Assembly (NCBI GenBank): GCA_047639735.1
Contig: JBLIOK010000002.1
Span: forward strand, 1-32,990
Reading direction: 5' to 3'
DNA from: Candidatus Krumholzibacteriia bacterium
GTDB lineage: Bacteria > Krumholzibacteriota > Krumholzibacteriia > LZORAL124-64-63
Length of the DNA: 32,990 nucleotides
Shown: positions 21,469 to 28,288 of the stretch, piece after piece
How positions within the stretch are numbered: position 1 is the first letter of the stretch
How the letters are laid out: each line of letters starts with the position of its first letter
Notes under the pieces: model-generated
Databases searched by the model: none
Told to the model about the DNA's origin: nothing
The model's input: only the letters and a program-made list of their open reading frames with translations
Program-made: the position numbers and the translations under genes

Positions 21469-22980
21469 ATGCCACTCGGCAGGATCCTGGTCGTCGATGA
21501 CGAAGAATCAATGTGTCAATATCTCTCGATCCTTTTGCAAAAAGAAGGCTACGAAGTCCAAACTGTCAATTCAGGCGTGGCGGCACTGAAAGTGATGAGC
21601 ACAGATCCGGTGGATGTTGTCATGACCGACATTCAGATGCCCAAGATGGACGGCATCCAGTTGCTAAAAGGTATTAAAGGTTTAGATCCCACCACACCTG
21701 TCATCATCATGACGGCATACGCAAGTGAGCAATCGGCCATTGACGCCGTGAATCTGGGCGCATTCTCCTATGTGCAAAAGCACACCAAGAATGATGAAAT
21801 CAAAATGATAGTGCGCAACGCTATGGCCCTGCGCAAAGCGAAGTCCGAAAATATTAAGCTGAAAAAAGAACTCACGCGCAAAACGACTCGCAAAAATATC
21901 ATCGGCCAATCGGCGAGAATGCGTTCCGTCTATAAAATGGTGGATAAAATTGCCGCGACGAGCGCCACGATACTCATCAATGGTGAAAGCGGAACGGGTA
22001 AGGAACTCATTGCCCAATCGATACATCAGCGCAGCGAGCGCCCGAACGGACCTTTTGTGGCGATCAACTGTGGGGCAATTCCTGAATCGCTATTAGAAAG
22101 CCAACTCTTTGGCCATGCTAAAGGCTCTTTTACCGGCGCCGATCGCGATCACGATGGTTTTTGTCGCCAAGCCGAAGGCGGCACGATTTTTCTGGATGAA
22201 ATTGGCGAGACTCCCCATGCGATCCAGGTGAAACTTTTGCGGATGTTGCAGGAGCGGGAAATTTATCCTGTCGGCTGCAGCAAACCCGTTAAAGTCGATT
22301 TGCGCGTGGTGGCCGCGACCAATCGCGATCTCGAACAAGAAGTGGCGGCGGGTAATTTCCGTACCGACTTGTACTATCGCCTCAACGTGATCCCTCTCAA
22401 TTTGCCCGCTTTGCGAGAACGCAAAGACGATATCCCCCTCTTGGTGGACCACTTTCTCAAGAGCACCTGTGCCGACGAATACACCGGCAGCCTCAATTCG
22501 CTCATCGATGATGTTGCGGTACGGGCTTTGCAAGAATATGAGTGGCCAGGGAATGTGCGCGAACTCGAGAATGTGATCGAACGCGCCAGTATCATCCGTG
22601 AAAACACCCGGATTGGGATTGTCGATTTGCCGGCCTTCATTGGCAAAGACGGGGCAGACCCATTGAGCGGTTCGCACTTGAACATTGGCGGCTTGGTCAC
22701 GCTGGATGACTTAGAAAAAGCCCACATCTTGTCGGTCCTGGAAACCACCGGTGGTGCGCGCAAACAAACTTCTGAGATTTTGGGCATCAATGCCTCGACT
22801 CTGTACCGAAAGCTAAAAAAGTACGGTTTACAGGGTGTTGAAGATACCAATACAGACGAATTCGATGAACGCTCAGTACCGGGCGAGGAATTATTGGCAG
22901 CCGTGGAAACGGTGATTCGCGAAAACGAGTCCGAGACGGAACAGTTTGAGCTAGAACCAGAACCGGTTGGCCAGAACTAG
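21469..22980 (+). CDS. pilR: Sigma-54-dependent response regulator PilR (NtrC family)
   Basis: REC domain (ILVVDDEE...DVVMTDIQMP). AAA+ sigma-54 interaction domain with Walker A GESGTGKE and GSFTGA (GAFTGA-type loop). Fis-type HTH QTSEILGINASTLYRKLKKYGL. AGGAG lies 7 nt before the ATG. Carries an extra acidic C-terminal tail of about 48 aa. Confidence 0.9.
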   Translation: MPLGRILVVDDEESMCQYLSILLQKEGYEVQTVNSGVAALKVMSTDPVDVVMTDIQMPKMDGIQLLKGIKGLDPTTPVIIMTAYASEQSAIDAVNLGAFSYVQKHTKNDEIKMIVRNAMALRKAKSENIKLKKELTRKTTRKNIIGQSARMRSVYKMVDKIAATSATILINGESGTGKELIAQSIHQRSERPNGPFVAINCGAIPESLLESQLFGHAKGSFTGADRDHDGFCRQAEGGTIFLDEIGETPHAIQVKLLRMLQEREIYPVGCSKPVKVDLRVVAATNRDLEQEVAAGNFRTDLYYRLNVIPLNLPALRERKDDIPLLVDHFLKSTCADEYTGSLNSLIDDVAVRALQEYEWPGNVRELENVIERASIIRENTRIGIVDLPAFIGKDGADPLSGSHLNIGGLVTLDDLEKAHILSVLETTGGARKQTSEILGINASTLYRKLKKYGLQGVEDTNTDEFDERSVPGEELLAAVETVIRENESETEQFELEPEPVGQN

Positions 22981-23135
22981 GGTCGTAAATCGTGCGCATC
23001 CGCAGGGGTAAAAGTGCCGACTGGGGCAGTTTGCAAGAATGGCAAGCGGCTGAACCCACGGTGAGAACGAATTGGAAGCTTTGTAACCCTCTGGTACAAA
23101 CGGAGTTGTTGAAGAGGGTGCAAATAGTGAGCATA

Positions 23136-23151
23136 TGGCACGGCCATTGCT
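23136..23151 (+). promoter_or_regulatory. Sigma-54 (-24/-12) promoter P1 upstream of the first pilin gene
   Basis: TGGCAC-GGCCA-TTGCT matches the consensus TGGCAC-N5-TTGCW with exact GG-N10-GC spacing. Intergenic, 87 nt upstream of ATG 23238, next to a sigma-54 activator gene. Confidence 0.75.
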
Positions 23152-23178
23152 CTACGTGAACTGCCGTTGGCAGGAATC

Positions 23179-23201
23179 GCGTCGGAAAGTCTTTCCGACG
23201 C
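23179..23201 (+). promoter_or_regulatory. Perfect 11+11 palindrome in the predicted pilA leader (RNA stem-loop or operator)
   Basis: GCGTCGGAAAG-T-CTTTCCGACGC. Lies between promoter P1 and the pilin start codon. Confidence 0.5.
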
Positions 23202-23237
23202 AATAGCAACAGAGGCCCGCTTGGTGGGCCAGAGAGA

Positions 23238-23684
23238 ATGGAGACAGATGTGTTGAATCGTAAGGGATTTACTCTCATTGAGCTGATGATCGTTGTTGTG
23301 ATTATTGGTATTTTGGCTGCAATCGCCATCCCCAACTTCATTAGCATGCAAGACCGGGCTAAAGAAGCCAAGGTTAAAGGTGGAGCTCACACAGTGCAGC
23401 TCGCCGCAGAAGATTTCGCTGTTCGTAACGATGGTATCTATTCAGACGCCGGTGCTGACTTGTTGGCTTTGCTGCCTGGCGCAGCTTTGCTTGACAACGC
23501 ATTCTCCGGTGTTGCTGCAGAGCCTACCTGGGGTGGCGCTGCCGCTGCAATGGGTGAAATCGGTATCGTCGCTGTCGTCCAAGGTGGCGTGAACGTGGGT
23601 TACACGATCACCGGCTTTGGTAAAGACGCGACCCAAGGTCCTGCTGCCGATGGCATCATCTTGACCTTGACGAGTGGTCAGTAA
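23238..23684 (+). CDS. pilA: Type IVa pilin PilA (probable major pilin)
   Basis: Class III signal: short basic leader ending in Gly, then FTLIELMIVVVIIGILAAIAIPNF (F+1, E+5). 148 aa from ATG 23238. GTG 23250, 5 nt after GGAGA, would give the leader MLNRKG, matching the MLKRDG leader of the third pilin gene. Confidence 0.9.
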   Translation: METDVLNRKGFTLIELMIVVVIIGILAAIAIPNFISMQDRAKEAKVKGGAHTVQLAAEDFAVRNDGIYSDAGADLLALLPGAALLDNAFSGVAAEPTWGGAAAAMGEIGIVAVVQGGVNVGYTITGFGKDATQGPAADGIILTLTSGQ

Positions 23685-23740
23685 AAACCGCAAGTTTGAC
23701 CGAGCCATTGGCTTGATCGATACTTAGGTTTGATGGAATT

Positions 23741-23777
23741 GGCGGGGGTCGTAATAACGGCACCCGCCATTCTTTTA
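23741..23777 (+). terminator. Intrinsic terminator downstream of pilA
   Basis: GC-rich hairpin GGCGGGGGTCG-TAATAA-CGGCACCCGCC (one mismatch, one G-U pair) followed by ATTCTTTTA. Confidence 0.7.
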
Positions 23778-23798
23778 CCCCGGAGGCAACAGCAGCCC

Positions 23799-24218
23799 AT
23801 GCGAAAAATAGCCACCTTAAATGTTCCGGATGTCATGTACGCATTCGGACTCGTGAGTTTGGTCGTGGTGGGTGTAGGGGTGATTGGCTATCCGTCGTTA
23901 GACCACTTGAATCGTCAGGATCATAAGGAGGCCGTGCTCAGAAATGCAGCGACCATGCAATTGGCTGCTGAATCATTTGCGGCGGCTCACCAAGGACAAT
24001 ATGCACAGAACGCGGTGGATCTCTTACCCTATCTGCCCAACAATTGTGCTCCAGAAAACCCTTATACTGCCGATAAGATATTATTCCAAGGTGCGGCTGG
24101 TGACTTGACTTACCGATCGATCGGTCAAGGTCAAAACTACCTGATCGAAGCATTTGCCGAGGGACGAGGCGATGGGCCTAAATTGCTGAGAACTCTAGAG
24201 GGCAGAGATTCTCATTAA
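23799..24218 (+). CDS. Degenerate pilin-like protein lacking the prepilin cleavage motif
   Basis: ATG 23799 lies 12 nt after GGAGG (23782-23786). N-terminal hydrophobic helix MYAFGLVSLVVVGVGVIGYPSL. The segment LNRQDHKEAVLRNAATMQLAAESFAAAHQGQYAQNAVDLLPYLP aligns by eye with PilA ISMQDRAKEAKVKGGAHTVQLAAEDFAVRNDGIYSDAGADLLALLP. No G-1/F+1/E+5. The longer TTG 23730 start would include the terminator hairpin. Confidence 0.6.
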   Translation: MRKIATLNVPDVMYAFGLVSLVVVGVGVIGYPSLDHLNRQDHKEAVLRNAATMQLAAESFAAAHQGQYAQNAVDLLPYLPNNCAPENPYTADKILFQGAAGDLTYRSIGQGQNYLIEAFAEGRGDGPKLLRTLEGRDSH

Positions 24219-24247
24219 GTTTGATTCGGGGGATTCGAGGAGACAAT

Positions 24248-24661
24248 ATGTTGAAGCGCGATGGATTCACTTTGATAGAACTGATGATAGTGGTTGTGGT
24301 GATCGGCCTGTTGGCGGCCATGGCCATACCAAATTATATGAATATGCAGAACCACGCCAAAGAAGCGTCCACTAAAAGCAATGCGCATACTCTGCAGCTG
24401 GCTGTCGAGGACTACTCTGTTCGCAACGGGGGACTCTACTCGGTCGCCCCAGCAGACCTAACCCCGCTACTGCCACGACAGAATCTCATGTCGAACTCAT
24501 TTACTGGCATGATGAGCGAGCCTCGATTTGGGGCAGTTGCCGGGGCAACTGGTGAGATAGGAATCGTGGCGCTCATAGCAGGTGGAGTGACTACTGGTTA
24601 TTCAATCAGTGCTTGGGGCAAGGACAATGCTGTCTTGACCATCGAAGCGGGCAGCAACTGA
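24248..24661 (+). CDS. Type IVa pilin paralogue (second canonical PilA-like pilin)
   Basis: GAGGAG lies 5 nt before ATG 24248. Leader MLKRDG, then FTLIELMIVVVVIGLLAAMAIPNY. The rest is collinear with the first pilin (NAHTLQLAVEDYSVRNGGLYS..., ATGEIGIVALIAGGVTTGYSIS). Confidence 0.88.
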   Translation: MLKRDGFTLIELMIVVVVIGLLAAMAIPNYMNMQNHAKEASTKSNAHTLQLAVEDYSVRNGGLYSVAPADLTPLLPRQNLMSNSFTGMMSEPRFGAVAGATGEIGIVALIAGGVTTGYSISAWGKDNAVLTIEAGSN

Positions 24662-24678
24662 TTTTCACTGAGCTTTAT

Positions 24679-24711
24679 GGCACCGGACCTCTGGTCCGTT
24701 GCCTTTTTTTT
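24679..24711 (+). terminator. Strong intrinsic terminator ending the pilin unit
   Basis: Hairpin GGCACCGGACC-TCT-GGTCCGTTGCC (10 of 11 pairs) followed directly by a run of nine T. Confidence 0.85.
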
Positions 24712-24727
24712 TGGCACTGCCGTTGCA
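24712..24727 (+). promoter_or_regulatory. Sigma-54 (-24/-12) promoter P2 upstream of the ABC-transporter/pilD unit
   Basis: TGGCAC-TGCCG-TTGCA is a full match to TGGCAC-N5-TTGCA. It directly abuts the terminator T-tract and lies 80 nt upstream of ATG 24807. Confidence 0.8.
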
Positions 24728-24806
24728 ATAGAGATGGTATGAAGATCTGAATGACCCTATTTGAACCGCTAGGGGCGAAACCTGATGGGTTAGCCTACGG
24801 AGGTGG

Positions 24807-25880
24807 ATGTTGATTTTCCATACGGTGGCTATTAACAAGCCAGACGCTGATACCTATCCGCACGGAGGTGGTTCAGTAGCGGTGCCACAAGAAGAAGCGA
24901 TGGTCACTGTCCGCAAGACTCCATCGCGCTCCGCAGTACCTGCTTTGTCAGTGATTGACTTGCAGAAGTCGTTTCGATCGGGAATTCTGAAACGCAAAAT
25001 TCGGGGTATCGAAGGCGTCTCGTTTACCGTTGTCCCAGGCGAAGTGTTTGCGATCATTGGGCACAATGGCGCAGGCAAGACGACCACTATCAACTGCATT
25101 CTGGACTTGATTCATCCTGATGGTGGCGAAGTTAGGCTCATGGGCTTAGACCACCGCAAAAGAGAATCCCGTACAAAAGTAGGCTATCTGCCTGAACGCC
25201 CCTATTTTTTCGAACATTTGAATGGCATCGAATTGTTGGCTTTTTATGCTGAGCTGCTCGGCGTGCCAGCCTCGTCGCGTCAGTCACGCATCGATCATGT
25301 CTTGGCGCGCACAGGTATGACAGAATTTGCCACGCGTCGCCTCAAGAAATATTCAAAAGGAATGCTGCAGCGCATCGGCATAGCCCAGACTCTGCTTGGC
25401 GAACCAGATATTCTTATTTTGGATGAGCCCATGTCCGGTCTTGATCCTATGGGGCGACGTGAGATTCGCGAACTCCTGCTCGAGCTCAAAGCCGAAGGCA
25501 AGACGATCATACTCTCGTCGCATATCGTGAGCGATGTCGAATTGGTTGCCGATACAGTTGGTATCATGCAGTCCGGCAAAATGATCGCGGTGCACGATCT
25601 GCACAGTATGCAGCATGACAGTAGCTACCACGTTGTCCTGTCGTGTCGTACTAATAACCCTAGAAATTTGAATTTGCCGCGTTGGGCTGAAAGCCGACTG
25701 CAGAACAGTGGTCGTGAAATGATGACCGTCGATGCCGATAGTATTGATCAGTTGCGCGAGTTGTTGGGCGCTTGTCACGCGGAGAATATTGAAGTCAAAG
25801 TCGTCGAATCACGACGCACTGGATTGGAAGACATGTACATTGCTAGCAACTGCACAAACTCCGCCGAGGTCGCCTCATGA
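24807..25880 (+). CDS. ABC transporter ATP-binding protein (position equivalent to Myxococcus PilH)
   Basis: Walker A GHNGAGKTT, Q-loop, signature YSKGMLQR, Walker B ILILDEP, H-loop SSHI. GGAGG lies 3 nt before ATG 24807. ATG 24900 (MVTVRK...) is an alternative start. Confidence 0.9.
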   Translation: MLIFHTVAINKPDADTYPHGGGSVAVPQEEAMVTVRKTPSRSAVPALSVIDLQKSFRSGILKRKIRGIEGVSFTVVPGEVFAIIGHNGAGKTTTINCILDLIHPDGGEVRLMGLDHRKRESRTKVGYLPERPYFFEHLNGIELLAFYAELLGVPASSRQSRIDHVLARTGMTEFATRRLKKYSKGMLQRIGIAQTLLGEPDILILDEPMSGLDPMGRREIRELLLELKAEGKTIILSSHIVSDVELVADTVGIMQSGKMIAVHDLHSMQHDSSYHVVLSCRTNNPRNLNLPRWAESRLQNSGREMMTVDADSIDQLRELLGACHAENIEVKVVESRRTGLEDMYIASNCTNSAEVAS

Positions 25881-26650
25881 ATAGCCGCATAAAGGCATTG
25901 ATTATCAGCACGTTTCGGGAAACCGTTCGCGACCGCATCTTTTACTTGGCAGGCGTGTTTGGCTTTGTGATGCTCGCTAGCACTACGGTGCTGTCGCCTT
26001 TAAATGTAGGCGCCCAAGGCAAGATCATGGCCGATGTGGGCTTGGCGGCCATGGTTGTTATTGGTCTTTTGGTTTCCGTCTTTGTCGGCAGCGCAATGGT
26101 CCGCAAGGAATTGGACAAAGGCACCATCGTCACCATCCTTTCGAAACCAGTCGGTCGTCGAGAATATATTTTCGGCAAATTCCTCGGCCTAAATTTGACT
26201 ATCTTCACGATGCTCATTTTGATGGGCGTGTTTTTTATGCTGATGCTGCTCATGGTGCCCGGCTCATTCAGTTTTCGTTTTCTGAATGCTATCTATCTTT
26301 GTTTTTTGGAATTGATGGTGCTGAACGCCGTTGTCGTCTTCTTCTCGACGACGGTGTCACCGATTCTGGCGGCGGTATTCACCTTGGTCTTGTTTTGCAT
26401 CGGACACCTGAGTGAAAGCATTCGCGCCTATGGCCAAATGCAAGGCGGGGTCTTTCAACAACAACTGTCTGAAGTGGTCTATTACTTGATCCCAAACTTG
26501 GAGATGTTCAATGTCCGGGGCGCAGTGGTGCACGGCGATCCGGTTTCGATGGCGCATCTTCTGACCGCCACGGTTTATGCATTGGGTTGGACTGCGATAT
26601 TAGTAATGATCTCTGGCGCAATTTTCGATCGTAAGGAATTGCGCGGATGA
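25877..26650 (+). CDS. ABC-2-type transporter permease (position equivalent to Myxococcus PilI)
   Basis: 257 aa with six hydrophobic segments. ABC-2/NosY/GldF-like stretch KELDKGTIVTILSKPVGRREYIFGKFLG. ATGA overlap with the ATPase gene stop. Confidence 0.85.
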   Translation: MNSRIKALIISTFRETVRDRIFYLAGVFGFVMLASTTVLSPLNVGAQGKIMADVGLAAMVVIGLLVSVFVGSAMVRKELDKGTIVTILSKPVGRREYIFGKFLGLNLTIFTMLILMGVFFMLMLLMVPGSFSFRFLNAIYLCFLELMVLNAVVVFFSTTVSPILAAVFTLVLFCIGHLSESIRAYGQMQGGVFQQQLSEVVYYLIPNLEMFNVRGAVVHGDPVSMAHLLTATVYALGWTAILVMISGAIFDRKELRG

Positions 26651-27363
26651 TCATGAAGCAACGTGGCAGCATTATCAGATACCTGGCTATCGTGAGTTTG
26701 GCCTTTGTCGTCTTTTTATCGCTGGCGCGTTTTGACGCTAGTCATGAAGTGGCGAGCCGCGATGAACGATTGTATTTTCCTTCGGGAAATTTTTTAGTGG
26801 AGTCGAGTGTGGGTTTTCGCCACGCCGCTGCCGACTATCTCTGGTTTCGCTTTATCCAATATTTTGGATCTTACGCCAAGGGCAACCATGATCTGCGTTA
26901 CTTTGATTTGTTGTTGGACGGTATCACCAGATTGGATCCGCGCTTTATTGAAGCCTACCATTTCGGATCCCTAGTCGCGTGGTCAGAACAAGGCGACTTC
27001 GCCAAATCCGTTGATATTCTCAAACGGGGAATACTGCACAACCCTGACGTGGCCAAGTTGCCATTCCAGGTGGCCTTCACTTACTACGTGTTTTTCCATG
27101 ACTATGAACGGGCCGCCTTTTGGTTTGAAGCGGCTTCAAAATGCAGCGACGCCACCGACCGCGAAAGCCGATTTGCGGCGTTTGCCCGTTTCAAAGCCGG
27201 TGATGATCGAATTTCTTTGGCTCTTTGGAAGGACCTTAAGGTTCAGTCAACCAACGCTGAAATGTTGGCCTTGGCCAATAAGATGATTGAGAAGTTGGAG
27301 CGCCGTGTGCGCATTCGAAAATCGTATGGCGAGTCGTTTATCGGTCCCATCCCGGAGTTGTAG
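26647..27363 (+). CDS. Membrane-anchored TPR-like helical-repeat protein, translationally coupled to the ABC permease
   Basis: 238 aa. ATGA overlap with the permease stop. N-terminal anchor IIRYLAIVSLAFVVFLSLA, then helical-repeat-like sequence (DPRFIEAYHFGSLVAWSEQGDFAKSVDILKRGILHNPD..., YERAAFWFEAASK). No motif I can assign to a named family. Confidence 0.65.
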   Translation: MIMKQRGSIIRYLAIVSLAFVVFLSLARFDASHEVASRDERLYFPSGNFLVESSVGFRHAAADYLWFRFIQYFGSYAKGNHDLRYFDLLLDGITRLDPRFIEAYHFGSLVAWSEQGDFAKSVDILKRGILHNPDVAKLPFQVAFTYYVFFHDYERAAFWFEAASKCSDATDRESRFAAFARFKAGDDRISLALWKDLKVQSTNAEMLALANKMIEKLERRVRIRKSYGESFIGPIPEL

Positions 27364-27364
27364 C

Positions 27365-28159
27365 ATGCCCACCTTCCTCACTGGAAATCTAATGCTTGAT
27401 CAATCAATATTGTGGGGGCTAGTCGCTTGGCTGGGCGCCTGTGTCGGCAGTTTTTCCAATGTTTTGATATACCGGTTGCCACGTAATAAAGACGTCGTGC
27501 GAGGACGCAGCCATTGCCCGAGTTGCGCAAAAATGGTGGCTTGGTATGATAATATCCCAGTAGTCAGCTGGTTGCTTCTGCGCGGTCGATGCCGGCATTG
27601 CGATGCTGGTATCAGCGTGCGCTATCTCTTAGTGGAGCTTGCGGGTGCCGCGTGTGCCGTAGTGGGCATTTGGCGCTTTGGCTGGAACCTAGAGGGGCTT
27701 TCTGCATCGTTTTTCCTCATCGTCCTGCTTGATATTGCACTGATCGATTGGGAACACATGATCATTCCGCACACTCTTACCTTGAGTGGTGCGGCCTTGG
27801 GCCTGGCCTTCTCGTTCTTCATTACTCCTCAACTTCCCCAAGCGTTGCTCGGAGCGGCGGCGGGAGCTGGGGTGATCTTGGCAGTCTCGTATGGCTACAA
27901 GGTTTTCCGCGGCGTCATAGGAATGGGAGGGGGCGATGTGATGTTGATGGGAATGATAGGGATTTTTGTCGGACCATGGGGAGCGATGGCGGTTCTGTTT
28001 AGCGGCGCACTCTTTGGTGCCGTGTACGCGTTGATTGCCGGACGTGGTTCTGTACAGGGTGCTGCTAAATTACCATTTGGCACCTTCTTGGCCGCGGCTG
28101 CTGGCATTGTTTTGCTATTTGGAGCCGATCTGTGGAGCCTATATTTGTCCATTTATTAG
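27365..28159 (+). CDS. pilD: Prepilin peptidase / N-methyltransferase PilD (A24 family)
   Basis: N-terminal CPSC...CRHC four-Cys motif. Multiple TM segments. Catalytic-Asp contexts LIDWEHMIIPH and GGGDVMLMG. ATG 27365 lies 2 nt after the upstream stop. ATG 27392 is an alternative start. Confidence 0.9.
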   Translation: MPTFLTGNLMLDQSILWGLVAWLGACVGSFSNVLIYRLPRNKDVVRGRSHCPSCAKMVAWYDNIPVVSWLLLRGRCRHCDAGISVRYLLVELAGAACAVVGIWRFGWNLEGLSASFFLIVLLDIALIDWEHMIIPHTLTLSGAALGLAFSFFITPQLPQALLGAAAGAGVILAVSYGYKVFRGVIGMGGGDVMLMGMIGIFVGPWGAMAVLFSGALFGAVYALIAGRGSVQGAAKLPFGTFLAAAAGIVLLFGADLWSLYLSIY

Positions 28160-28288
28160 CGGCAAGCGGCAATTTTTACCCCCCTCGAATCAACTGCATT
28201 TTTGACAAATCGAGAGTTCCCGCCTCCCTCGTAGTGATAATCAACCATTTAGCGCTTAAGCCGGCTCGCTCGTAGCCGATCAAAGTTA

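Noticed and set aside
20991-21500. 169-aa plus-strand ORF bridging the end of pilS, the spacer and the start of pilR
   Set aside because: It is out of frame with both well-supported genes, has no motifs, and is basic low-complexity sequence.
22787-23390. Two minus-strand ORFs (194 and 137 aa) covering the pilR-pilA spacer and the start of pilA
   Set aside because: They are antisense to the pilin N-terminus and the pilR tail, with no RBS or motifs. The region is better explained by the sigma-54 promoter, leader and candidate enhancer sites.
23730-23798. TTG 23730 / ATG 23733 start for the degenerate pilin gene (162-aa version)
   Set aside because: The extra 23 codons would be translated through the terminator hairpin (23741-23768). 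ATG 23799 has a GGAGG upstream.
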